This document shows positions 16,601-24,424 of a stretch of DNA of 36,081 nucleotides, one piece after another. How positions within the stretch are numbered: position 1 is the first letter of the stretch; every line of letters begins with the position of its first letter. Source of the DNA: Candidatus Binataceae bacterium. GTDB lineage: Bacteria > Desulfobacterota > Binatia > Binatales > Binataceae. Location: positions 1 to 36,081 of the forward strand of contig JBOHWF010000007.1 in assembly GCA_050736455.1 (NCBI GenBank), given 5' to 3'. The position numbers and the translations under genes were made by a program. Below the pieces are notes generated by a model that was not told where the DNA came from, made no database searches, and saw only the letters and a list, made by a program, of their open reading frames with translations.

Positions 16601-18385
16601 CATCGGCATATTTTCGTCGATCCGACTCCGGATCCGCTCAGAAGTTACGCTGAACGCAAGCGTCTATACGAGCTGCCGAACTCGCAGTGGTCGGACTACG
16701 ATCCGGCGCTGATCAGCGAAGGTGGTGGAGTTTTCCGACGAGGACAGAAGCGCATTCAACTCAGCGCGGCTGCGCAAGCGGCGCTCGGTTGCGCGAGCGC
16801 CGAGTTTGACGCCGAGCGCCTGGTGCAGGCGATTCTGCGGGCCGACGTCGATCTTTTATACAACGGCGGCATCGGCGCCTACGTCAAAGCCGAGAGCGAA
16901 AGCGACGCCGAGGTCGGCGACCACGCCAACGACGCCTGCCGCGTGACGGCGCGCGAACTACGCTGCAAAATCGCGGTCGAAGGCGGCAATCTTGGCTTCA
17001 CGCAGCGCGCGCGGATCGAATACGCCGCCGCCGGCGGCCGCATCAATACCGACGCGATCGATAATTCGGCCGGCGTTGATATGTCGGATCATGAGGTCAA
17101 CCTCAAGATTTTGCTCCAGCCGGTGGTCGCGCGCGGCGCATTGAGCGAAGGCAAGCGCAACCGCCTGCTGGCCGCCGCGGCCGAAGAAGTCGCGGCCAGC
17201 GTACTGCGCGACAATCGCGATCAGGCGCTGCTGCTGAGCCTGGAGCAGGTGCGCAGCCGGATCGATCCGACCGTCTATGCCGAGTATGCCGACACGCTCG
17301 CGTCGCGGACGACGATTCACCTGGAAAGACCGTCGCGGCCCGCACGCACGTCGGGCTTCACGCGGCCCGAACTGGCCGAACTGACCGCAGTGAGCAAAAT
17401 TGAGCTCGTCTCAGAGCTCACGCCGACCGCCCTGGTCGATGATCCCTACATGGTGGGGCGCTGCCTCCGTCCCTATTTTCCCGCGGCCATCGCCGACCAA
17501 TTCGCCAGCGACCTTCCGGTCCATGGCCTGCGCCGCGAGCTCATCGCAACCAGCCTGGTCAACGAGCTGGTGGACCTGATGGGAGCAGCCTTTATCTTTG
17601 ATCTGAAGCACGATTTCGACCTCGACACGCCCGCCGCGGTGCGCGCCTGGCTCGCCGCCGCCGACATTATCGATCTGCGCTCACGCACCGACGAGATTCA
17701 TCGGGATGCAGTCGGGCTCGAGGCCCGCGCCGAGGTCGAAACCTTCCTCGCGTTGGGCGCAATTGCGCGGCGCGCCTGCGCGTGGTCGATCCGCCGCGCG
17801 GAGTCGCAGGCCGCTGAAGGCCTCGGCGTACTGGTCGCGCGCTTCAAACCGGCTTTCGCCGATCTGCTGCAGCGTTTCGAGCGTTTGCTAACCGGCGTCG
17901 AGGGCGAGCGCTTCGAGCGCACTTATCGCGAGCTGCGCGCTTCGGTGCAGCAGGAGACCCTCGCACTCGAGTTGACGCGACTGGGCTTCGCTAATCATCT
18001 GCTGCACATTCTCGAGCTGGCTTTCGCCGCAGGCGGCGAGCCTGCGGAAATTGCGCAGGTTTACTTTGGCATGAGCGAGCAGCTGGATTTCGCGACGCTG
18101 GAGAGTGCGATCGATGCTCTCCATACGGAAGATCGCTGGGAGCGGCGGGCCGCCGGTGACTTGTCGGCGGAGCTGGCCTGGGCGCGCAATCAGCTCTGTC
18201 GCGCACGTTTGCGCACGGGCGGCGACGGCTCTCAGCCGGCCGCCGGAGCTTCGGCGACCGCGTGCGCGCACCGCGAGCTCGGGGTCAATCGGCTGATGCG
18301 GGAGTTGCGCGCGATGCCAGTGATCGGCCTCGCGCCGATCCAGGTGACCGTGCGCGCGATCGCGCGCCTGGCCAACTCGGCCTGA
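13655..18385 (+). CDS. gdh: Large NAD-specific glutamate dehydrogenase (Bac_GDH type, 1576 aa)
   Basis: The length of about 1600 aa fits the family. The catalytic-core blocks are VPTGAKGGFIVK, VVAADKGTAAFSD, GGEHGYDHKRIGITARGAWES, GIGDMSGDVFGNG and NTDAIDNSAGVDMSDHEVN. The start is GTG at 13655, taken from the track, and the exact start is uncertain. Confidence 0.93.
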   Translation: MTSEPNSPLSLASVENPDQLRYINIFCARMFARLASELAADFPASKRMALAESGFEFFRQREEPVKVRASGVTDDDALVTVETVMPDCPFIVDSILEYFRARGLTVRTLLHPRFHAGRAADGTLASFEHGTSAERLESFTHAEIELSATSEAGRAIAADLTRVLNQVRAATEDFRAMTARALQICEETAATRGLVEVRDFLRWLVQSGFVFLGYRRYRVAPHDGRAAIVTESGTGLGIMRDESGSRFAAPTPLDDLDAGLRRLLFDHPALIVGKTRAESEVHRRALMDDITIRRCDAAGRALGFDRFLGLFTSKALAEEAEHIPVLRAKLRELIEAEGVAAETHDYKALVAAFNSFPKQELFRAGLDELRQQLHAVLDVENEAEVRLRLTSDAVRGVVIALVILPRDRFSAEVRERIQRALAVGLGGRLVYYYLALGESYTARLHFCFAAGPPLPAAEHDLSEEIARLALSWEDLLHERLLGQFGAARGRELFTRWGPAFTVQYRASTPPELAAGDIEQIERLGSEGGFSVLIGAAAGGVDRETSELRLYEFGEAPILSELVPLLQNFGISVISEEAHEFRLSAGGQPQPAYVQAFRVRTLGGQPLERTPGAALLADALVAVRSGRAEDDPLNALTLSAGLDWRETALIRAYLAAAFQMRLAPARPATRRPFIVCPQLAHTLVRLFRARFDPDQEAAAETLEELRQKYFAELAAIENIADDRFARAVLAMVEATTRTNYFCAGPAPYVALKLASGNLPGLPDSPPLYEIHVDSPTMAGCHLRGGRIARGGIRYSDRFDDYRTEILDLMKTQTVKNAIIVPTGAKGGFIVKTRPGRIPDRAAVVEAYSTLITAMLELTDNVVAGRTVHRPGVRVRDDDGAYLVVAADKGTAAFSDIANRLAESRGFWLGDAFASGGEHGYDHKRIGITARGAWESAKRHLRELGRDLARGAPVTVVGIGDMSGDVFGNGLLQSDNLKLIAAFDHRHIFVDPTPDPLRSYAERKRLYELPNSQWSDYDPALISEGGGVFRRGQKRIQLSAAAQAALGCASAEFDAERLVQAILRADVDLLYNGGIGAYVKAESESDAEVGDHANDACRVTARELRCKIAVEGGNLGFTQRARIEYAAAGGRINTDAIDNSAGVDMSDHEVNLKILLQPVVARGALSEGKRNRLLAAAAEEVAASVLRDNRDQALLLSLEQVRSRIDPTVYAEYADTLASRTTIHLERPSRPARTSGFTRPELAELTAVSKIELVSELTPTALVDDPYMVGRCLRPYFPAAIADQFASDLPVHGLRRELIATSLVNELVDLMGAAFIFDLKHDFDLDTPAAVRAWLAAADIIDLRSRTDEIHRDAVGLEARAEVETFLALGAIARRACAWSIRRAESQAAEGLGVLVARFKPAFADLLQRFERLLTGVEGERFERTYRELRASVQQETLALELTRLGFANHLLHILELAFAAGGEPAEIAQVYFGMSEQLDFATLESAIDALHTEDRWERRAAGDLSAELAWARNQLCRARLRTGGDGSQPAAGASATACAHRELGVNRLMRELRAMPVIGLAPIQVTVRAIARLANSA

Positions 18386-18396
18386 TCCCGCGCCGC

Positions 18397-19356
18397 CTAC
18401 GCTTGCGCGGCCTCGAGCGGCGCGGTCGGCGGCAATGCCGGCGCAACGCGCGCGGCGCTGTCGGCCACCAGATCCTCGTACAGACGCACGCCCGCGGCGA
18501 GAAAAAAGGCCGTGGTCACATAAGTCGCGGCGACCGCCGCCAGTTCCACCAGAAAAATCACTCCCCAGAAATATCCGGTGAACACGCCGACCGGTCCAAG
18601 GACCAGGCTCACCACGAAGAAGACCGCCGCCGCCCATGAGTCGTAGCCTGACCAAACTGCGAGAAACACCACGATTCGCGTCGCAACCCGGAAGAACCGC
18701 TTGCGCATCAAGTCCCGACTGAACAACAGCGCGTGGAAACTGTGCTGGCCATCAAAGACCAGTGCGTACTCGGCGAAATATAGCCACAGGTACAGTATTG
18801 GCGCGGTCACGATCAGGATAACGTCGAGCAGATACACCAGCATCGCGACCCACCACTCGGCCCCAACGACGTAGAGCCGCAGGACGAACACCGCTGCGAG
18901 TGGCAGCGCCAGATGCAGAATCACCACCCAGTAGAAGGCGGGCAACAACTTCACCGCATCCCGCCAGATCGCGATCACTTCGTTGGCCACGCGTTCCTGA
19001 CGCGCGCCGGATCGCGAACGGCGTACGGTGCACAGCACGACCAGATCGCCGGCAAAAGCCAGCAGCACGACCATCAGATGGAACACCGTGATGGCCCACG
19101 CCGGGAACAGCGGTGCGGTATCGGCGAGCGCCGGCGCGTACGGCTCCTGGGCCGGGATCCACGCGACGTGACGCGTACCCGGCGTGAAGCGATCGGCGAG
19201 CAGATGCTGGAGATTGAGCGCGTCCGGCAGCAGGCAGATCGCCGCGAGCAACGCCAGCGGCGCCAAGGCCAGCGCAAGCGTCAGCCAATTGCCGCGCAGA
19301 TCGTTCACCGCATTGCCGAGATAGATGAAGCTGCTCTTGAGGCGGGTCTGCGTCAC
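18397..19356 (-). CDS. Polytopic inner-membrane protein of unknown function (~319 aa)
   Basis: There are about 6-7 hydrophobic spans (LTLALALAPLALLAAICLL, AITVFHLMVVLLAFAGDLVVL, AFYWVVILHLALPLAAVFVL, WWVAMLVYLLDVILIVTAPILYLWLYF, VVFLAVWSGY, AAAVFFVVSLVLGPVGVF, GVIFLVELAAVAATYVTTAFFLAAGV). I chose the in-frame GTG at 19356, because the 397-aa track ORF would run into the divergent gene at 19494. The start is uncertain. Confidence 0.6.
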   Translation of the reverse strand: MTQTRLKSSFIYLGNAVNDLRGNWLTLALALAPLALLAAICLLPDALNLQHLLADRFTPGTRHVAWIPAQEPYAPALADTAPLFPAWAITVFHLMVVLLAFAGDLVVLCTVRRSRSGARQERVANEVIAIWRDAVKLLPAFYWVVILHLALPLAAVFVLRLYVVGAEWWVAMLVYLLDVILIVTAPILYLWLYFAEYALVFDGQHSFHALLFSRDLMRKRFFRVATRIVVFLAVWSGYDSWAAAVFFVVSLVLGPVGVFTGYFWGVIFLVELAAVAATYVTTAFFLAAGVRLYEDLVADSAARVAPALPPTAPLEAAQA

Positions 19357-19454
19357 TATCGGTCGAGCCTGCCATTGCGCCGATCTGAACACAAGCCGCG
19401 CGCTGTTCAACCGTCGGCCCGGTCTTACAGCCAATCCCCAACCGTCCGCGCGAT

Positions 19455-19484
19455 GCGACAGGCCAACTGCGATCGCGCTATACT
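19455..19484 (+). promoter_or_regulatory. Candidate sigma70-type promoter: GCGACA, an 18-nt spacer, then TATACT, ending 9 nt before ATG 19494. This would give a near-leaderless transcript
   Basis: The -35-like GCGACA is at 19455-19460 and the -10-like TATACT is at 19479-19484. No SD sequence lies between the -10 and the ATG. This rests on sequence pattern only. Confidence 0.25.
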
Positions 19485-19493
19485 CGCGGCCCG

Positions 19494-19745
19494 ATGGCTG
19501 ACGAAGATTTGGCCGCGCGCGTCGCGTTCGAAAACAAGCAGATTCGCCGCCTGCGCTTCCTCGTGGATTTGGTCTTCGCCACGATCGCACAGGACGAGGC
19601 GATGACCCTCGAGAACGCCTGGGAGCATGTGCGCGGTCTCAAAGGCGCCGCAGTCGCGATGTTCCCCGGTAAGGACGACACCTTCGATCTCATCTATTTG
19701 CCGCGTTTCACGCGCCTGCTCCGCGAAAAATTCCGTGCCAACTAG
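19494..19745 (+). CDS. Small hypothetical protein (83 aa)
   Basis: It has an ATG start and balanced composition (MADEDLAARVAFENKQIRRLRFLVDLVFATIAQDEAMTLENAWEHVRGLKGAAVAMFPGKDDTFDLIYLPRFTRLLREKFRAN). It ends 19 nt before the proposed nagA start. I recognise no family. Confidence 0.5.
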   Translation: MADEDLAARVAFENKQIRRLRFLVDLVFATIAQDEAMTLENAWEHVRGLKGAAVAMFPGKDDTFDLIYLPRFTRLLREKFRAN

Positions 19746-19764
19746 AGGGCCGGCTTACGCAAGC

Positions 19765-20916
19765 GTGCGTCAACTCAGCGGCCTCGTCGACTCTGACGGA
19801 CCGGCCAAAACAGTCGTCTTCAGCGAAACCGTAATCGCGACGCGCAAGCGGCGCGCGCGGCTCGATGACCTGCTCCTGCCCGGCTTCATCGATCTGCAGA
19901 TCAACGGCGCCTATGGGATCGACGTCATGTCAGCCTCGGTCGAGGATCTTCTGCGGCTCTCGCAACGCCTCGCCCGTGAAGGCACGACCGGCTGGCTACC
20001 GACGATCATCACTGCGCCACTCGAGACGATCGAGCGTTGCGATGCAGTGATCGCTGCAGCGATGGCGGCGCAGGGTGAAGGTGCGCAAGGCTCGACCGGC
20101 AGTCGCGAATTGGTTGGCGCGACGATCCTCGGGATGCATCTCGAAGGACCTTTCATTTCACCTCAGCGCCTCGGCGCGCATCCGCCGCTGAATCTCGCGC
20201 CGAAAGGCGACGCGCTTGCGCGGATACTCGCGCTCAAGGCCCTCCGGCTGATAACCCTCGCGCCCGAACTTGACGGCGCGCTCGAGGGGATTCGGCGCTT
20301 GGTTGCGCGTGGCGTCGCCGTCTCGCTCGGTCACAGTGACGCGACCTGCGCTGAGGCGCTCGCCGGCGTCAGCGCCGGCGCCCGCATGTTCACCCATCTC
20401 TTCAATGCGATGCGCCCGTTGCATCATCGTGAACCCGGCATCGTGGGCGCGGCCTTGACGTCCTCGCCCGCCGCCGCGGCGATCATTCCGGACCGCGTGC
20501 ACGTGCACCCGGCGGTTTTCGCCGCCGTGCGATCGGCCCGGTCCATCGGGCAAACGCTCGTCACCACGGATCGGGTCGCGCTGGCCGGGACTGATCCCAC
20601 TGCGTCGGCGCCGATATTTGGCGACGCTTCGCGCCGGGTCCAAATCCGCGAGGGCGCGGCGCGTTTTCCGGACGGCACGCTCGCTGGCAGCGTCATCACG
20701 ATGCTTGAAGGCTTGCGGTTGACGGTGAACGACCCCATCTTCGGCGCCGGGCTCGACGTCTTCGCCTACGTCCGCATGGCGGCCGAGGGTCCGGCGCGCA
20801 TGCTCGCACTGGCTGACCGTGGCGCGATCGCGTTGGGCCGGCGCGCCGATTTGATCCTGCTCGACCGCGAGCTAAATTTGAAGGCGGTCTTTGTCGGCGG
20901 TCGCGAAATCGACTGA
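19765..20916 (+). CDS. nagA: N-acetylglucosamine-6-phosphate deacetylase
   Basis: The blocks PGFIDLQINGAYGIDV, HLEGPFISPQRLGAHP, ITLAPE, SLGHSDAT and THLFNAM match conserved NagA blocks. I chose the in-frame GTG at 19765, which gives 383 aa. The track ORF from 19627 overlaps the 83-aa gene. Confidence 0.85.
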   Translation: MRQLSGLVDSDGPAKTVVFSETVIATRKRRARLDDLLLPGFIDLQINGAYGIDVMSASVEDLLRLSQRLAREGTTGWLPTIITAPLETIERCDAVIAAAMAAQGEGAQGSTGSRELVGATILGMHLEGPFISPQRLGAHPPLNLAPKGDALARILALKALRLITLAPELDGALEGIRRLVARGVAVSLGHSDATCAEALAGVSAGARMFTHLFNAMRPLHHREPGIVGAALTSSPAAAAIIPDRVHVHPAVFAAVRSARSIGQTLVTTDRVALAGTDPTASAPIFGDASRRVQIREGAARFPDGTLAGSVITMLEGLRLTVNDPIFGAGLDVFAYVRMAAEGPARMLALADRGAIALGRRADLILLDRELNLKAVFVGGREID

Positions 20917-20940
20917 GCCGCCCGCCAGGGAAGTCCGCCG

Positions 20941-21801
20941 ATGCCGCTCAATCACGCTTGTCTCGACAAAGCATATTCCGGCGAGCCCACCGACGTGACG
21001 CTTGACTCGATTCAAAACTATGCGCGCGCGTGCAACGAAAATAATCCACGCTACTTCGATTCCAGCGTCATGGGCGGAATGGTGGCGCCGCCGATGTACG
21101 CGGTAGTCGTAACCTGGCTTCCAGTTATCGCCGCGCTGACCGATCCTGAACTGCGCGCGGACCTGCTACGCCTGCTGCATACCGGGCAAGACATGGAATT
21201 CCTCGCGCCGATCCGCCCGCGCGACCGGATTTTCTCCAACGCGCGGATCGCGGCGATCGAGGCCGTCGGCAGCGGCGAATCGTTGACGCTCGAGCTGCGC
21301 GCCTCCAACCAGCACGGCGAAGCCCTCAACCGCACCCGCTTCACGGTTTTGATTCGCGGCAGGCGCGAGCCTGCAGCGGCGACTGAGCCGCATGCCGCCG
21401 CGATCGGCGCTAGCGCACGCGGCGCGCCGTTATGCGCTGTTACTGAGCCGATCGCGCGTGATCAGACCTTTCGCTATGCGGACGCTTCTGGCGACCGTAA
21501 TCCAATCCATGTTGACGAAAAGGTCGCCAGGATGGCCGGGCTCCCCGGCATCATCGTCCATGGCCTATGCGCGATGTCGTTCGCGGCCCGTGCCGTGATC
21601 GATAAACTCTGCGACCGTGATCCGCTCCGCCTCAAACGTCTCGCCGTGCGCTTCGCCCGCCCGATCTTCCCCGGCGATTCGCTCACCACCTCGATTTGGC
21701 CGAGCGCCGTCGCGAGTGATCTCCGCCGCTTTTACTTCGCGACCACGAACGCGAGTGGGCTCATCGTGATGCGCGACGGCAACGCTGAAATCTCTTCGTG
21801 A
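20941..21801 (+). CDS. Double-hotdog MaoC-like (R)-specific enoyl-CoA hydratase/dehydratase
   Basis: The N-terminal half resembles the MaoC N-terminal hotdog. The C-terminal half carries the hydratase motif YADASGDRNPIHVDEKVARMAGLPGIIVHG. Confidence 0.85.
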   Translation: MPLNHACLDKAYSGEPTDVTLDSIQNYARACNENNPRYFDSSVMGGMVAPPMYAVVVTWLPVIAALTDPELRADLLRLLHTGQDMEFLAPIRPRDRIFSNARIAAIEAVGSGESLTLELRASNQHGEALNRTRFTVLIRGRREPAAATEPHAAAIGASARGAPLCAVTEPIARDQTFRYADASGDRNPIHVDEKVARMAGLPGIIVHGLCAMSFAARAVIDKLCDRDPLRLKRLAVRFARPIFPGDSLTTSIWPSAVASDLRRFYFATTNASGLIVMRDGNAEISS

Positions 21802-21808
21802 TGGGCCG

Positions 21809-23020
21809 ATGACGCGGCAGCTCACTCTCGGCCTGTCGCTCTCTCTGACCGGCAAGTACGCCGCGATGGGACGACAGGCCGAGACGGCGATTCGCCTCTT
21901 CATGGCCGACACCAACGCCGCCGGGGGACTCACCGTCGGCGGCGCGCACTATGAACTGGCCCTGAAATGTGTGGACGATGCGAGCCAGGTCGATCGCGCG
22001 CGCGAAATCTATCGGGATTTGTGCTTCGACCGGCCCTGCGATCTCATCTTTGGCCCGTATTCCAGTGGACTCGCCCGCGCGGCCGCGCCGCTGTGCGAGG
22101 AAGCGCGCCGCTTGATGATCAACCATGGCGGCGCGGACGACCAGCTTCATGCCCGCGGCGCGCGGATGATCATAAGTGTCCTGACGCCCGCCAGCGCCTA
22201 TATGGTCGGCCTGGTCGATTTGCTCGCAACGCTCAAATTCTGGCGCAAGCGCCTGGCGGTTGCGGCCGCGTCCACCCCTTTTGCCGCCGCGATTGCCGCC
22301 GGCCTCGAGCGCGCCGCCAAGACTCGGCGCGCCTGGCTTCACGGCGTCCGTCTGCGGATGAAATATGCCGGCCGCTTCGAGCCTGAGCGCACGCCCGAGC
22401 GCCTGTCGCGCGCGCTCCGCCGGAACCGAATCAACGTCTTCGTCAGTGCCGGCGCTTATGAATACGACCTCGCGATGATGCGCGTCGCCACGGCCCGCCG
22501 CCTCAACGTGCCGGTACTCGGCTGCGTCGCGGCCGGCGTCGATCGGTTCCGCCAGGATCTCGGCGACGACGCCGAGGGCATCGTTGGCCCCAGCCAATGG
22601 GAGCGCGACTTCGCCATCGATCCAAAACTGGGCCCGCCACCCCGCGAGTTTGCCCGCCGAATCAGCGCCGCGAGCGGCGATTGCGATTATCCCGCGGCGC
22701 AGATTTACGCTGCCGGATTACTCACTCTGGCCGCGTTGCGCGCCTGCGATTCGCTCGATCAGACTCAGCTTCGCGCGGCTTTCGGCGATCTGCACACGAC
22801 CACCTTCTTCGGCGACTTCGCCGTTGATCGCGCAACCGGCCTCCAACTCGGCCACCGGATGCTACTCGTGCAGTGGTATGAAGGGCGCAAACAGATTATC
22901 AATCCCGAGTCGCAAGCCGAGATCGGCGACCTTCAGTTCCCGAGCGCCTGGCGTTTGATTCTTGGCGCGGCCGATTTGCTAAAGCTCAGCCGGCGCGAGA
23001 AATCGCCGCCTGCACACTAG
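21809..23020 (+). CDS. Type I periplasmic-binding-protein fold (Leu/Ile/Val-binding, LivK/AmiC-like) protein with no N-terminal signal peptide
   Basis: The protein starts directly with the first beta strand and Gly-rich loop of the fold (LTLGLSLSLTGKYAAMGRQAETAIRLFMADTNAAGG), followed by GPYSSGLARAAAP. Only 7 nt separate it from the MaoC stop, which leaves no room for a signal sequence. Confidence 0.85.
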   Translation: MTRQLTLGLSLSLTGKYAAMGRQAETAIRLFMADTNAAGGLTVGGAHYELALKCVDDASQVDRAREIYRDLCFDRPCDLIFGPYSSGLARAAAPLCEEARRLMINHGGADDQLHARGARMIISVLTPASAYMVGLVDLLATLKFWRKRLAVAAASTPFAAAIAAGLERAAKTRRAWLHGVRLRMKYAGRFEPERTPERLSRALRRNRINVFVSAGAYEYDLAMMRVATARRLNVPVLGCVAAGVDRFRQDLGDDAEGIVGPSQWERDFAIDPKLGPPPREFARRISAASGDCDYPAAQIYAAGLLTLAALRACDSLDQTQLRAAFGDLHTTTFFGDFAVDRATGLQLGHRMLLVQWYEGRKQIINPESQAEIGDLQFPSAWRLILGAADLLKLSRREKSPPAH

Positions 23021-23120
23021 CGCAGCGGGCTGCCGCGCAAAGCGAGCAGGCGAGTCTTAACTTTGGCCGCGCGTCGCAGACTCCGTTGCTCCCCTTGAGC
23101 TGCGGCAAAAATCTGAAGTC
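23015..23120. repeat. Intergenic repeat element, copy 2 (~106 nt; its first bases overlap the TAG stop of the preceding gene)
   Basis: The core at 23040..23104, AAGCGAGCAGGCGAGTCTTAACTTTGGCCGCGCGTCGCAGACTCCGTTGCTCCCCTTGAGCTGCG, matches 1541..1603. The helices are preserved as CAAAG (23038-23042) with CTTTG (23061-23065), and GAGTCT (23052-23057) with AGACTC (23078-23083). Confidence 0.6.
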
Positions 23121-23147
23121 AGCGTTCGCCACGAAGGATCTGATTTA

Positions 23148-24392
23148 ATGAACCAGTTGAAGCGCGTGAAAAACATCACCGTCGCCCTCAACGGTCAGGC
23201 GCCTTATTATGCGATCGGCCTGATTTCCGGTACCTCTCACGACGGTATCAGCGCCGCCCTCGTCGCGATCGACGAGCGCCGCGCACCGCCGCTGCGCGTA
23301 CTCGCGTTCAGGTCGTTCCCCTATGCGAAAGCCCTGCGCACACGGCTGCTGCGCGCTTCCACCGGAATCGACGGCGGCTCGAGCGAAATCTCGCAGCTTA
23401 ACTTCGCGCTCGGGCGAGCGTTTGGCGCCGCCGCGCTCAAGATCGCAGGTCTCGGCCCGATCGATCTAAAGCGCTTAAGCTTCATCGGCTCGCACGGTCA
23501 CACTTTTCATCATTTGCCGCCGCGACGCGCGCGCCGGGGCGAAACCCCCTCGACGCTGCAGTTGGGCGAGCCGGCCCTAATCGCAGCGCTGACCGGCGTT
23601 CCGGTGGTCGCGGATTTTCGCCCGATGGACCTTGCCCTCGGCGGCGAAGCCGCGCCGCTCGCGCCGCTCGCACATCTGTGGCTCTTCGGCGATCGCCAAC
23701 ACGGCCGGATCGTTCAGAACGTCGGCGGCATCGGCAACGCCACCTTTCTGCCGGCGAATCCGCGCCCGGCCGATCGGCGCGTGATCGCTTTCGATACCGG
23801 TCCCGGCAACGGCCTCATCGACGCACTCGCGGAGCAACTGAGCAGCGGCCGCGCGCGGATGGATCGCAACGGCGCGATGGCGGCGCGCGGACGGATCAAC
23901 CACGCACTGCTCGGCGAGTTGATGCGGCATCCCTACTTCCGCCGCCGCCCGCCCAAATCGACCGGCCGCGAGGAGTTCAGCCCAGCGCAGCTCGCGACGA
24001 TCGTGACCCGTGCGCGCGAACTTGGCGCCGGCAACGAAGAGCTGATCGCGACGCTGACGGCCTGGACCGCGCGCTCGATCGCCGACGCCTGCCGCCGCTT
24101 CATCCTGCCCCTGGGTCGCGTCGATCAGCTCATCGCAACCGGCGGCGGCGCGCACAATCCCACCCTGATGCGGATGCTGGCTGCCGAGTTGCCGACGCTT
24201 GAAGTAATCACCGCCGCGCGTGCCGGCGTTGACGGCGACGCGCTTGAGGCGGCGGCCTTCGCGATTCTCGGCTATCAGATGTTGCGTGGCCGGCCCGGGA
24301 ATCTTCCCTCAGTCACCGGCGCCCGCGCCGCGGCGATCCTCGGCAAGCTCACACTGCCGCCCGGCTCTTTTGGAAATGGCCGCGAAGACTGA
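23148..24392 (+). CDS. anmK: Anhydro-N-acetylmuramic acid kinase
   Basis: It carries GLISGTSHDGISAAL (compare the GxMSGTSxDGxD motif), FDTGPGN and ATGGGAHNPTLMRML. GAAGGA lies upstream of the ATG. Confidence 0.9.
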   Translation: MNQLKRVKNITVALNGQAPYYAIGLISGTSHDGISAALVAIDERRAPPLRVLAFRSFPYAKALRTRLLRASTGIDGGSSEISQLNFALGRAFGAAALKIAGLGPIDLKRLSFIGSHGHTFHHLPPRRARRGETPSTLQLGEPALIAALTGVPVVADFRPMDLALGGEAAPLAPLAHLWLFGDRQHGRIVQNVGGIGNATFLPANPRPADRRVIAFDTGPGNGLIDALAEQLSSGRARMDRNGAMAARGRINHALLGELMRHPYFRRRPPKSTGREEFSPAQLATIVTRARELGAGNEELIATLTAWTARSIADACRRFILPLGRVDQLIATGGGAHNPTLMRMLAAELPTLEVITAARAGVDGDALEAAAFAILGYQMLRGRPGNLPSVTGARAAAILGKLTLPPGSFGNGRED

Positions 24393-24424
24393 GCATGCCA
24401 CGAAGGCGAGCGCGCGTAAAAAAC

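Noticed and set aside
15128-16609. A 493-aa ORF antisense to the NAD-glutamate dehydrogenase gene, along with several other ORFs within 13708-18655.
   Set aside because: The reasoning is the same. These are shadows of a very long high-G+C gene with Arg/Gly/Ala-rich translations, and they have no independent start signals.
19627-19764. An N-terminal extension of the nagA ORF that overlaps the 83-aa gene.
   Set aside because: It lies in a different frame over a better-looking small gene. The NagA homology (PGFIDLQING) is preceded by a normal-length N-terminus when translation starts at GTG 19765.
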